Assembly (NCBI GenBank): GCA_964234715.1
Contig: OZ174281.1
DNA: 64,000 nt
Source: Podarcis melisellensis
Lineage: Eukaryota
Reading direction: 5' to 3' (one strand)
A program made the position numbers and the translations under genes. Below the pieces are notes generated by a model. That model did not search any database. It worked only from the letters and a program-made list of their open reading frames with translations, and was not told where the DNA came from. Below are positions 50,921-64,000 of this stretch, one piece after another (the first letter of the stretch is position 1; each line of letters begins with the position of its first letter).

Positions 50921-53900
50921 GCTTAAATTGTAAAAGAAGAGATGCAACCATAATTGCCATTTTGGAAGTGGAGGCAAGATAGAAACTCAACAGATATAGC
51001 TTTTCCTAGTATAGAGACAGACAAGTGTTAAAAAGGGTTGGCCCTCCAGATGCTGTTGGACTACAACTCTTGTGGTCCCTGACCATTGGATATGAATTGG
51101 GAGTCCTGAAAAAGATGGGATGCAGGTTATCCACCTCTTTTGAAACGTACAAAACCCTACCAGTAAAGTTGGCAACCCCACATAGATATGCTCTGTCTGA
51201 AGATCAAAACTGGCCCTCTAATCCCAGATACCTCTTGACTGGTTGTGGTTACTGGGAAACACTCTTTCTGCGTGCTCAAAGACTCTTCTCCGCATTTTGC
51301 ATCCCCATCCACTTTGCTCCAAGCTTGCCCACCAAACTGAAATTGACAAAACTTCCCTACACTACAGAATTAAGGAAGAGAATTCTCTCCCCCCCCCTCT
51401 TTTTGCATTCTGTCTCTTATGCAGCATCCTTAACTACCTGCATATTTTATGCACTAAAGACATAGTGGAATTTGTATTCTGCACTTCATCTGAGCTGCTT
51501 TTTATCCTCACGACTGCCTTCTGGGATAAGTCAGGATGAGAGATCATGACTTGCAACTCAAGGCCAAAGTGTGAGCTTGAAGGCTAATTACACTTAAGAA
51601 CACAGCTCAAAACAGATTTCAAAGAGTCTATCAAATCCTCAGGTGGATTAAATGATTTATATGAGATTGCTGTAAAAACCTACTGAACAATGGGCACAGT
51701 CCATATGAAGATAAGCATGTTTATACCCTATTGCACACTACGAAAGAGTGAACTGTATGCTTAAACAGAATACATGGTATTTTGAAATTCTCAATGTTAG
51801 CTATCGGACACATTTTCTTCTAAGATTTTCAGACAATATTTCAAAGACAGGGAAGGAGATATATTTTTCAGGAATCATACAATGGGCATACACATTGCCA
51901 TTTCTATTGCCTTAGAAATTTCCAAAATCTTAGTCACAGATGTATATATGCTGCTTTGCAATGTGAGGAAGGGAGACTGGGGCAGGGGGAGGTAAGATTT
52001 GCCAGGATGGAAATTCAAAAACATGTCTATCTATCTAAACCCGAGGACAGAAATTATCTTAAGAAAGGCTTTTGAGAGGGTCAAACACTTGGCAGTACTT
52101 TACTCATTCATCTTTTATCATTATTTAATTTATATTTCCTAATTTTATTCCTAAGTATACAGTCCTAACATCTGAGGCATATTGAGAGCTTTGGACTAAG
52201 CTTGCATGAGCAGCTAGTTTGACTAGTGCAACTTCTATAAGCTAGATGAAGCTATAGATGGATGTACACAATATTTCACGAACTGATCAATAACAAAGAC
52301 TTTAAATTGCATTGATTTAAGGCTCTGATAGTTTCTCTTTCCCCCAGCTCCCATAATAAACAGCATGACTGTTATGTTAGGCTATATATTTGGAGGTATG
52401 GGGCACTAGGTTGAATGTATTCATTATTACCTGACAGATCTTCAATACTCTAATATAATGAGAAAGTAAACTAATGCCAGATCCCCTGTAAATTATAATA
52501 TGAAAGTTAACATTATTTCCATTCACTAGTTGATGCTGAAAGCTTTACCATACTGCAATAAAATAAGTATAAAAATCAAATGCCTTCCTGAATTTCAGCT
52601 CTTGATGTTAAGATAAAAACAACAGGAGCGGGAAAACTAGGAGACAAGTATTGTATGCTTTTCAAAGAAAGGTTTCAAAGAAGTCTATTTCCATGGCAGT
52701 TTTATCCTGGCATCACCACCCCTACCGTTATTGCCTATGTGCCGAAACTTTTCACATTAAAGGAATAGAGAAGAGCATGGCATGCAATTTCATAGATAAA
52801 TGTCCTATCAATGGTCCAAGATGATCAGTAAGGGTGTGAGTCTGAAATATCCTAGATTTCTTTGTTCTTACATAGAAGAATAATATCCTATGACAACAAA
52901 CCTGCCATAACAAGATAGCAATATTTGAATCGGGGACGGGGGGGGGGGGAGTGTTGAGTGAGTAAAGCCCAAAATGCTTTTACAGGTATTATCACCTTCA
53001 AGCATAAATATAGTTATACTTAGGTTGTTGGAAGATTCTGCTTATGGAGATGAACAGCAGAACTGACAACATATCAGTGCCAGATCAACAGAATGTCATC
53101 TTAGAAATTTGCAGTGAACATCCTATGCATGCCTGATACATCTTTTTGGAATTTGTTTGAACTACTTTGCTGCGGGTGAATCTAAAGAGTGAATATCAAA
53201 TGGATACTGTCAAAATATTGTCTTCTTGGGTGAGTGTGCAGCTAGAACATCTACACTCCACAAAATACTTTAGGGATAAAGATACCATGGCATGTTAAGA
53301 CATACTGTTTGACCAGAAATAGAGCAGACAATAATAAAACATTTCTTCATGATTTCTATAAACTAAATTTTAACGTACTTCTGTAAAACTTAAGTGTTAT
53401 GCATAGCTGTACTTAAAATGTCCACATCATCAGTTCCAATTAATTTATGGAGTTTATACAGTTTCCTAAGGAATAACATTCATCTAGGCTTACTCAGTGT
53501 TTTCACATTCTAAACACAAGAATTATTAGTTCTGTGACCATGAATAGAATTGTACTGGGAATGCCTAAACTGTGCCTAGTAAAATTATTTTGAATCAATT
53601 CAGCTGGGCTAATTTTCAAGTGGATTTTGTTCCTTCATCCTTACAGTGGATGTATATGAGACCCAACTCTAAATATAACCATGGTCAAGGAAATGCAAAG
53701 CTGCTAATATGCACCCACTGTAGCAGATGAAAGCTGCTCACATCTCAAGGATCTTTCAATGAGATCTAGACGCAAGTGCATGGCTCACAATAGCACGACT
53801 TTGCTATGTATCACTATCACATGGAAGTGGATATTGACAGAACTGCTAGGTTACACTCTAAAATTTCAAACAACAGCAGCAACAAAACCATGCTTTTCTC

Positions 53901-56900
53901 TCTGGATTTCCACCAAACCCTATTGAGTTTCCTTCAGATTCGGGAAGCTGGCTAATGTCCCATTCCTTTTACCTGGCATTTCCAGCAGCTCTCTTAATTT
54001 ACCTTAACCGTCTTTGCATGAATACAGCATGCATTGCATGCCAATGTGCACAGCAAGCATTCAAGCTGACCATCTGTAGGAAAGCCCACTTGCCAAATGC
54101 TCAGTTAACCAACTGGCTACCAGGACCCTGCACTGTTCCTGCAGACAGAGAATCATGCACTGTGTTTTTTAAAAAAAAAAAACAGGAAAGGGAATTGCTA
54201 CACACATTGGGCCTAAAAGCTTCTCAAACACTTGCCACGTAACTTGGGACACAGTGCAGAAGGACACCAAGAAAGGCATACATTCTCAAAACATGAGAAG
54301 CCTAAAGAATCCCAGACTGAAGAAATAAGGCTTCTCAGAAGAATCTAAAGCAGTAATGAGAATGAATTACATTACATCTCTTTTACCTCTTTTTCTTTTA
54401 CAACTCTCTTTGGGGAATTCTCTTCCTTTAAATAAAACCAAGTAAACATGTAATAACAAAGGCATTCTCAGCTCAAATCAATGCAAAAATAATCAAACAT
54501 TAGTTGCAAAAATAATCAATGCTTAGTTGCACAGACAGCTGACAGGGCAATATGAGGGAATTATCGCAGCGTAATTGACACCCTGGTGTGCACTTCTGCT
54601 TAATTTAACAGCAAGAACCCAGCTCCCCTATGCGTTTTTATACACACTTAGCAATAGTTGTTTCAACCTAGTGCCTTCCTTGTCATGATGAGCCTGATCA
54701 AAAATCTGTTTAGTGACAACAGATGGTGACGGGGCAAGTATATTCTAAGACATCAAAAAATTCCATTGATATCTGTCAAGAGATGCTGAGTTAAAAGTTT
54801 TTGAGAAACAACTATGGAGAATTGAAGCAATTATCTCTATATAGAGTCAAATATCTCAAAGCCGTGTGTGGGTGTACACACAGAGAGACACCCACACATG
54901 TGGCCATACATTTCCCTTCTTCTTTAGGTATTAGAAACATATATGGAGACAATTGTTTCAATATGTAACTGATCCCATTAAATGCCTAAAACCCTAATAT
55001 TAATATTTTATTTCAGCGCTCATTTTTAATTTTACCGCTCTGGAAAGAGTTATAATATGAATAATGTCTACTTGGAGCTTATTATTTCACAGTGAAAATA
55101 TTTGTATGTAGTCAGCTTCAACACAGATGTCTATCAGTCAGATAAATACTGTCCTATCATCTTGTCCCTGATAGCTTTGCTCCTCTTTACAAATGGATCC
55201 TCAAAACACACACAAGGGGTCAATAAATGTGATCTGCTGCCGTGACAAGGGCCGAGTTAGGAATGGTAACCCCAAGTGCCTGCATTTTAATACCTAACTT
55301 GACATCCCCCAAATATGTACTGCTCACCTTTAACCCTTGCTCTTTGGTGTTGTTTGTGCAATCAGTGGATTCCATGCATATGCAGGCCATAGAAAGCTCA
55401 GACCAGGACTCAAGGCAGCTACTGCTTATATTTGGAGCCATCCTGGGTATGTGCTAAGGGCTAGGACAAATATCTTCCATCATTGTCCTTTTGACCACCA
55501 GGAGAAAAAAAGAGGAAGCCCACATGCCAGGAAAGATCAGTGGGATACACTGAAATGACTTGTAACTGCACAGATGACCAGTCAAACAAGACTTCTAAGA
55601 CAACCACAACCTCATTTTTCATATATGGGATACATGAATGCTGGTTTATTTGAAGATGAGTTCTCACAAGGAAAATCTGTGCAGAGGTGCATTGACAAAA
55701 GTAGCATCTGCTCTTGTTCAAAGTCTATTATATAATGCTTAGTGAAAGCAGAGCCTTTGAAGTCTATGAATAATGTTAGAATTTCTGCTCTACAAAGATG
55801 TAGGATTGATATGTCTCTACAAAATGCAGTGGAGGGCTCACCAAGAATTAGGTGGCCTTCAGGCAACCCACTTTCCCCAGCTACAGCATTACATCTGCAA
55901 TATGAAGATAATAACACAAACCTGCCTTAAAGTTCTGTTGCAAAAATTACTGAGACAGCACATGTGAAACACATTAAACAAATTGCATAAACACAGTTAT
56001 AATTTCCCCATCTAGTGGAGAAGGCTGGCTCAACACCTGGTAGCTGAGGGAGATGACTGCCTCTAGACCTTTAGTAAATCTCTGTCCTAATTGTTCAAAA
56101 GAACGAGCCCAAGAAAGCACATTCACCCCACCCACTGCCCATAGGGGGTGGGTGGAATTATTGCTAATGCCAGGTGACCATCTTATGGAGGAGCAAATTT
56201 ATCCTATCTTGCTCAGAGGAGGGTTTTTGGCCTTCCTCCTTGCGTGAGGAGGAGTGTGGGGAGGGAATCATGTCATTGGTGAGGGTGGCTGCTCTTCTTT
56301 ATATGGCTCATCTCATCTTCCTCATCCTGTGCTTTTGCAATGACCCACCCACCCTTTAAGCAGTGTATGATTACCCAACCACCTCTGGGGGGTTAGTAGG
56401 AATTTAAGAGTACCTTGGAGTACACCTTCTGCCTACTCTCTACCATTTGATTTGGGCCATATGTGGATAATTTGACTTCCAATTGCCTGTCATTTTGTCA
56501 CAACTTGGCATTTAGGGTACGCACCCATGAGGCACCTGTGGGTAAATGGCTTCTGACCTACTGCTTTGCATTCCAATCAGGTCCAGGGAAGCTCCTCCTC
56601 TGATGCCCTCTTGCATCTCTGCCTCCTAAGGCTTGAACAGCTGCTTGTTGCGGGAGCCCTGGCTATAAGCTCCCCAGGCAGAAAGAGCCTCTGGGCCTGG
56701 CCTGGGGGTGCTTCCCATGCTCCTATGGGGCAGTGTGAGGAGGCACCTCTCTTTGGAGTGGGGTGGGGCAGCTCAGAGACCAAGGATGGCAGCAGTGGCT
56801 GCCTGGAGGACTGCCAAGGAGAGGGGAGAGGAGAGGAGAGGAGGCTGAGGGAAGACTCCACAAGGGAGGGTGTTTGAAAAAGGGTGAGAGGCTGCCAGCT

Positions 56901-57760
56901 CTGCAGGCAAGGGGAGACATAACTGGGCTCCTGAACCCCACAGGGGTGCCAGAGAAAGAAATGTAGTTGGTTAAGGGAGCCGTGGACTCAAAAACCTCTG
57001 CATTATGAGATTAACGGAAGTCATCTTCTGAAAGTCAAAGGATACCAGACTGAAAGCTCACTACGCAAAAGCAAAAATCCAGCATGCCTGACCAGCTTGA
57101 GTGTTGTTTGTATCTGGTTCAGAAAATAACAAGGAACTGGAAGGGGACAGTCAACACAAAAAGGATCTGGAAACCTGGAGGAGATTAAATTGTGCATCTG
57201 TTTATTTTTAAGAAAATGTTTACATTAACTTTTCGAATTCACCACCACTTATTACTGTTCCCATCTCTCCCAGGTACTGACATTTTCTGTCACTGATAAA
57301 CAGCTGCTCGGCAGTGATGAATTCCAAGAAAATGAAGCACACCTGCGTTTCTCTGTCCTAACTTGGCAGACCAAATATAGAAGCCCTTATATGTCACCTT
57401 GACATTTTCTAATTGCAGTGCTCTTGGAGCCTCCTTTCGTGGAAAGAAATGGAAATTTCCCTCCCCCTCTATCATTTCCTTCTAGTGCTGTAATGCTTTC
57501 AGATGGTGAGCTCCTTCTGCCTCAGGACAGTATCTGGAGATCTATTACCAAGCTTGAAAATTCATGCTATAGGATGAATCACAAGGTGTTTATAATAATA
57601 ACTGAGGAGGCGTTTGAGGGGCTAAAAGAAGACTCATATATAACTTAATAAAACATAGCTAAGTTGAAAGAAATCCAGAACAAGTGAGACAATAGCTTTT
57701 TATAGAGACAACAACTTGAAACAGCAATTCTTTCAGAATTGGGTTATCAGGAGTTTCAGG

Positions 57761-58057
57761 TTACAGATAGGTAGCTGTGTTGGTCTGCCATAGTCAAAAC
57801 AAAAAAAATTCCTTCCAGTAGCACCTTAAAGACCAACTAAGTTAGTTCTTGGTATGAGAAGTGTGCATGCACACTTGAGTATGAGAAGTGTGCATGCACA
57901 CTTCTGTATCTGAAGAAGTGTGCATGCACACTTCTGTATCTGAAGATACAGATTCTGTATCTGAAGATCTGTATTCTGTATCTGAAGAAGTGTGCATGCA
58001 CACGAAAGCTCATACCAAGAACTAACTTAGTTGGTCTTTAAGGTGCTACTGGAAGGA
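57761..58057. mobile_element. Penelope-like inverted terminal-repeat remnant (palindromic)
   Basis: Perfect 49-bp inverted arms at 57810-57858 and 58009-58057. 11-bp direct repeat ggagtttcagg at 57750-57760 and 58055-58065. Scrambled internal copies of gaagtgtgcatgcacac and tgtatctgaag. Confidence 0.75.
57978..58015 (+). ncRNA. Minimal type-I hammerhead ribozyme motif
   Basis: GTAT CTGAAGA(57982-57988) A GTGTGCATGCACAC(57990-58003) GAAA(58004-58007) GC TC ATAC. Predicted cleavage after 58011. Confidence 0.7.
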
Positions 58058-59094
58058 GTTTCAGGGTTAGACATTTTTAAAAGAGAGAGAGAGACAAAAA
58101 GAAAAGAACCAAAAGACCTTTCATTGGATCCTTGCAGTATTTTAAATGGCAGCTTTCCTTGAAAACAACAGCCACACATCTAACTCCTCCTCTGTAGCAT
58201 ATGACATCACAACATGACATCATGGTGCCCTGTAGTTTCCTGCCTTCAATCCACATAATTTTTTAAAAATATGAACACCTTTACAATACAACCCAATTCT
58301 GATTATTATTTTTTGCTGTTATTTTGGGTATAAATCCAAATTATATGCAATGTAACTATATGCAACACTTAGACAATAATTAAAATTCATGACCCTACAC
58401 TCTTCCATACAAAAAGAGAAGCTACCAGCTATTTTCACCCATGCAAACAGCTCATGGAAGAAACAACCTTACATGCTGAATCCAGTATTATGCAATGTCT
58501 AGATCACAACAATCGGCTTTAATTTTATGAAGGACATACTTTTTTATGTATTAGAGGCATTCTGCAGTACCTTTTTTGTTCCTCCGGTTCACTCTGTTCT
58601 AATTAGGATTTTAATTTGACAATGATAATTTCTTAAAAGAAACCAGGAACTTGAAGGCCATGCGCAATTTTCTGTGGCTTTCTTTCCATTCAATTTATTT
58701 GTGTCGTTTCCTCTCCCTACATTACCAACGCATACACATTTTCTATGTCTGCAAAAGAGCAATCTTGAAGCAATGGTATGTAAGAGTGCCTCAAGATGCT
58801 TTTTGTATAGAGTTTTACTAAGGCATTTATGTATTTATGCAGCCATATTTACAATCAACTTAACTTTTCTTTTTTGAGGTGTTTTATCAGTTTGAATAAT
58901 TAAAACACAACACACACAAAACTTGAAACTATCATGCATGCGATCAAGTTTACCTTTATTACAGTGTACAACTTTGGAAATGCCACCAAATAATTTAGGA
59001 CTCCAAAATCCAGTGTGAAATTCAGAAGCATCTCTGAATGTTGTGTTGTCTATAGTCCTTCTGGCTGTTAATTTTGTGAAATGGGACACACTAT

Positions 59095-59270
59095 TGAAAG
59101 AGTCAGCCTGGTGCCTAAAGATATATAATGATGGCACCAGATCAGCCCCCCTGGGGAGAGCATTCCACAAACTGGGAGCCACTGCAGAAAAGGCCCATTC
59201 TCATGTTGCCATCCTCCAGACCTCTAGTGCAGGGGAACACATGAAGAAGGGCTTCAGATGATGATTGAAG
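59095..59270 (-). mobile_element. L2 fragment
   Basis: ORF 58835-59182(-) begins APSLWNALPR..SLYIFRHQ; homologous to 26730-26860. Confidence 0.75.
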
Positions 59271-59336
59271 GCTTATTTCTCCAGAGACAGAACAACTGAA
59301 TATTAAGGTTTCAAAATATATTTTTTCTTCTCTTAC

Positions 59337-59375
59337 CTGCTGGTTTACGGGGAAATTCCTGTTGATTTTTTTAAT
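59337..59375 (-). CDS. SNTG1: SNTG1 coding exon, 39 bp (IKKINRNFPVNQQ)
   Basis: Reverse complement reads ATT AAA AAA ATC AAC AGG AAT TTC CCC GTA AAC CAG CAG. Acceptor cacttttatag, donor GTAAGA. The peptide matches my recollection of vertebrate gamma-1 syntrophin just before the PH region. Not in the ORF track. Confidence 0.93.
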
Positions 59376-59998
59376 CTATAAAAGTGAATACAGAAATTGA
59401 TTAATAAATAAGCATATTCAACTATGAAAATCAGGCACATTACATGTCCATTGGCATTGTGATAGATTTACTTTGTGAAACGATTCAAAGCCTACCAAAA
59501 GATGCTGACAGAGTTGGTTTTGTGCACATTTTTAGGGATTCAGTATTTCTAAATGTAGTGCATTTCTGAATGTGACAATGGATGGAATTCAACAAGTTCT
59601 ATCTGTGCAAGCACATCAGCTTGCCAATGGAATGAGCCCAGCTTCCCCTGCACACTGTTCTGGGGGGTCTTCCCCAATGATGGGGTTACACAGAGTAGAG
59701 GGGGGGGAGAACCCATTGTGCAAGTGCATTGTGCAGGGCTTCTACTACTATGGTTCATTAAGTGAACTGTGCCCAATGTATGCCTGAGTGTTCTGCAAAC
59801 CACTGTTTTCCTTTGATTTACTTATATTCTACATTTCATTTTGTTGCACATTAGGGCTGGTGTTCTTGTAAACCTGAAAACATTTCAGAGCTTGAACTGC
59901 TAACATTTACTAACAGAATAAAATATATGTATGTATTCAAGAGAAAAGTGAAACAGAATTAGAGATGAAGCCTTAAACACAAAGTGGATGGTCTATAA

Positions 59999-60392
59999 CA
60001 GGGGTCGGCAACGTGAGGCCCATGGGCCGGATGCATCCCACGAAGACCATTCTACCGGTCCACGAGCCACCCCCGAACCGGGCTGCTTGCTTGGCGAGTC
60101 CCCTGCACGCTGCGCTTAACTGGCGCAGCAAGGAGTGAGGACTCACCAAGCAGCGCTGGAAATCACGTCTGCGCATGCACAGATACCAGAAATCAAATCT
60201 GCACATGTCCAGACTCCAAAAATCGCTACTGCACAGGTGCGATTTTCTGCATCTGGGCATGCGCAGAAGCAATTTCCAGCACTGCGGACATGCACAGAAG
60301 CAATTTCCGGTGTCGCGCTGTGCCAGTCCGGCCCACGGACAATCTCTGTGGGAGTGATCCAGCCCATGGCCAGTATTCTTTGCCAACCCCTG
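59999..60392. mobile_element. hAT (Charlie-like) MITE, 394 bp, with internal degenerate repeats
   Basis: caggggtcggcaa ... ttgccaacccctg TIRs; 8-bp TSD gtctataa/atctataa. Confidence 0.88.
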
Positions 60393-61073
60393 ATCTATAA
60401 TGAGGTTTCACATGCATCTATTCTATAATGAATCAAGTTATACATTTGGATAGCAACATTGCACAGGTAGTAGTAGATCATCGTTATTAACCAAGCTCAT
60501 ATGAGTTCCACGAAATAAGGATAACATTCAGTAGATTTATTTGAACAAGGCTTTACATACAATTTCTAGAGCTAACGCTAACCTAAATCAATTGATTTGG
60601 TGTCCTAGCAGAAAGTGAACAAAATGTAAGTAAGGCAAGCTTTATAGGAAGGATACTTCAAACACTTTTGGTATAGTATACAAGGCTCTGAAATAAAAGG
60701 ATATCACATATAAACATGCCTGTGACATAGGTACTTCTTTATGACAGCATACAAAAATAGGTTCTTTTTCATACCTACATGTGTTCTACCTACATGGAGC
60801 CAAAGCACCACAACTCTAGATTGTTAAATGATGTCAGGAACTCACAAAATGAGAAACAAGGCATATTTAACAACATAACCTAAAGTGCCATTAAAAGCTA
60901 GAGGCTCTATCCCAATGTAATCCAACTCAGAGTAGATCCATTGAAACTAATGGACTCAGGTCCATTCATTACAATGTGTCTGATCTGAGTGGAATTTAGC
61001 TGGTTACAACCATAAATCTTAGCCATTGGTTGCCTGGGCTAATTCTTGATGGCATTTCGGTCTCAGGTCTGGA

Positions 61074-61287
61074 TAAAGGTAAAGGTAAAGGTACCCCTGC
61101 CCGTACGGGCCAGTCTTGACAGACTCTGGGGTTGTGCGCCCATCTCACTTAAGAGGCCAGGGGCCAGCGCTGTCCGGAGACACCTCCGGGTCACGTGGCC
61201 AGCGTGACATCGCTGCTCTGGCGAGCCAGAGCCGCACACGGAAACGCCGTTTACCTTCCCGCTGGTAAGCGGTCCCTAGTTATCTAC
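61074..61287 (-). mobile_element. Sauria-type SINE (different subfamily), 3' portion, CpG-rich
   Basis: (aaaggt)3 tail, then acccctg...ccgggtcacgtggccagc...ggaaacgccgtttaccttccc. Confidence 0.85.
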
Positions 61288-62744
61288 ATATACAAAATGC
61301 GCAATGTCATTTAACTTTGAAAGATGGATATGGCTTCCTTTCCAAATACATGAAAGTGGAAATTAAGAAGACGTCAGGTTCCAACTTATGTTACCTGCAT
61401 GGAACATGTGTGAACCTTTTATTACACCTGATATAATCAAAATATATTTTGCTGCCTCTACCCAAGCAGTATCTCATGATGGTATTTCATGAGGTATTTC
61501 CCAAGAGATCAGAAAGCCTCCTATGTGCAGCAAAACCCATATAGTTTTATTTAAGGCAACATAAACAAAGGTTTTGATAATGATGTGTTAGTCTGCCTGG
61601 ATTATTGGACTAGTACAGAGAAGATGGCTCACAACTTTCTACCAATCTGAAAACTACTTGGTCAGCTAATGGCATGCAAATTATTTCACCCTCACAGCTT
61701 TTTGGAGGCTTCTGCCACCATGTGGCCTCAGTTACCCAGTCAAACAAACAAGCTACTCCTGGAGATCAAGGTTTTGCATCTTGGAGATAAAAGCTTTCTG
61801 CTCGTATGGAGAAAGTGAATATGGGAAAGCTTTTTGCAGCAATATCCAGAAGTGACAAAGACTCTGTGACATTCTTCCAGAGGTGTGCCAAGAGTGCTAG
61901 CAGCACCATCAGCTGTAAACAAAGGGATGAACTGGAACGAAACACCCACTCTCTCTAGGCATCTCTCACTTGTCAGTAAAATGAAAACACATTTAACAAG
62001 ATACAGCTTGACCCAAGACTGTCAAGAATGACACAAACTCAAATGATTTTCACTTTGTGTTTTTTTTAAAAAATAAGAAATATTTTGATGAAGGCAGGAT
62101 GAATACTGAGGACATGTAGAGATAATAGTGTGCAAATCTAACACATTTTAACTGTATTATAGCAAGTATAATTTCCTCTGGGAGCTTTCAGTCAGGAGCA
62201 TCTATACATTGAAACTTCTAGTTCTGGGAACTATAATATCATGTTTACTACCTAAAATTTACCTTTGTTTGAGATGCAGACATAAAATTGTAAAATCCTA
62301 ACTGACAAGCCACTTTTAAAAACCACATTATCATTTGATAAATTACCTATGGAACACTATTTTGCATAAGCAGCATGGTATGGAAGCAAACTTTAAAGTA
62401 CTAAACATGTGACTCTGTAATGATCAATAATAGTTTCCAGTGATGTTTTTATTTAGATTTCCCACTCTCATTGTAAATATAGGTCCAATGTTGCACTAAA
62501 GCAATATGGATCATATATCTTTGACATATGGTAAATAATTTTTACAGTAATTTGTTTGACTATTCATAGATGGCATTCAGTTTGGAAATTCCAGGGCTAC
62601 TATAAAAGAAAAAGATTTCTGGCCCTGCAGAAAAAAGCAACAAAATTTCATTGATTTATTAGATAGGCCCTGTACATTCATTTCTACCGTCCAGTACCAA
62701 TTCCTCTTCCTGTCCAATTATCTGCAATGTACTTTAACTGTGTG

Positions 62745-62830
62745 ACCCCAAACATCACTAAGCAGAAGTTAAGTCCCACTGAGTGTAGTATGGCTTACTC
62801 TTGAGTGAGTGGGTATAGGATTGCTGCTTA
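62745..62830. repeat. Short (~90 bp) imperfect-palindromic interspersed repeat
   Basis: cagaagttaagtcccactgagt...ggcttactc...gtataggattgc. Degenerate relatives near 1000-1080, 9915-9985 and 26465-26550. Confidence 0.5.
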
Positions 62831-64000
62831 AAGCAATCATTACCAAAACAGCCTACAATCATTACCAAAACAGTCTACAATGTGCAGGTATTTTTCTTCA
62901 AGAAAACATAATGCAGACTGAGTGCATATAGGCAGAGACATAATTTTTGGTTAAAAACAACAACAAATAGACAGTAACCATAAAGCAGGGTAATGATTCT
63001 GCTACCTTGTGATATATGTCAAGTGAGCTGGTGTATATTTTCCAGCATTGCAGTGCCAGTCCATGATGTTGTGTCACTGCAATGACCTACGCCAGCCTGC
63101 AGCACTGGCAAAGTGCCAGAGAACTGCCACAGGTCGTGACATTGCAATGGCGCTAAGGGCATTTTGTCTCCTCTAAATGTGGTTTTTTTCCCCCCAATTC
63201 AGAACTCAGAAGCTATGCTATCTAGCTTCTCCATTCAGGTAGTAGATTCATCACATATTACAAATCAACTTTTAAACCAGGTATTTTTGTATTCTAGTAA
63301 CCATTATTCATGGATTGAAGTAAAGAAATAACATGTTTTATTATACTGTTACATGTACATGTCTATGATATATTTTGTAAAAACCTAACCAGATGGGGTT
63401 TTCTTTTTTTGAAAAATGCAATAAAATTATTAAAAAGGGGAGATGGACATAAAAAGAGGTTCATGATAGCTCAGTTACTTCATGTGGTATGGAAATATTC
63501 TTATTTACCTATTAGATTTCTATTCTCTTTCTACCATTAATAACACAAGGAAATTTACCCAGGGTGCCCAGGCAATCTCCTATCCAGACATTGACAAAGT
63601 ACATGGTATAGCATAATGCTCCTTCAGGCCCTGGGACCAAGGTTAACTGACTTCTTATAACAAACAAATAGTATTAATGCTACACAAAGAACCATTCTTC
63701 AATTTCATGTTAGCTTTCTTCTCTTGCAAAAGAGGTTCAGTTATTCTGAACATCCGCAGACCACTTTAAATTTTCTCTTAAATTATGGTGGGTGCAGCTG
63801 GCTGTGTGCCCCCCCTTTTCCATTAAGAATGTCTCCTGGAGTCTGGAGTCTGCCTGAGCTTCCTGATCTGAAAAAAGCTCCATGAGAGAAGATGCTTCAT
63901 TATGTCTTCCCCTGAGGTGTAACTGAAGTGCAGAAAGCTGGCTACTAAGCACCCAAAACTGGTCCACTCACTAGTTTTGTTTTTAAGGGACTCTCTAAAA

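Noticed and set aside
56000-57100. GC-elevated, LTR-like segment with a TATAA motif
   Set aside because: TG...CA termini and a TSD could not be defined, so it was not called as a feature.
57859-58003. CRISPR-like recurrence of a palindromic repeat
   Set aside because: Vertebrate DNA with irregular spacing. The 'spacers' are themselves pieces of the same element, and there are no cas genes.
59376-64000. Next upstream SNTG1 exon (expected ...WLQAIATNISNLTKHN)
   Set aside because: Not found by reading; presumably beyond the window end.

Overview
Vertebrate genomic DNA, AT-rich and CpG-depleted. The Sauria-type SINEs, Squam3-like SINEs and L2/CR1 families point to a squamate, probably a lacertid lizard (inference). 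The window holds the last seven coding exons of SNTG1 (gamma-1 syntrophin) on the minus strand: 59337-59375, 44077-44193, 42492-42563, 34809-34961, 27023-27115, 18264-18374 and 11186-11383. All have GT-AG junctions, all are phase 0, and together they encode 260 aa plus stop. The 5' exons lie beyond position 64000. The rest is intron and 3' flank filled with L1, L2 and CR1 fragments, SINEs, hAT and Tigger/pogo-type MITEs and microsatellites. Most interesting signals: (i) two young Penelope-like terminal-repeat remnants that each carry an intact minimal type-I hammerhead ribozyme motif (778-815 on -, 57978-58015 on +). The intronic one sits in a perfect 49-bp inverted repeat whose SNTG1-sense arm has lost the catalytic core. 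(ii) Two ~1-kb CpG-rich MITEs with the same termini but different internal arrays of palindromic repeats, one nested in another MITE. (iii) An Ala/Thr triplet expansion in the SNTG1 C-terminal tail. Nearly all other ORFs in the supplied track are spurious.
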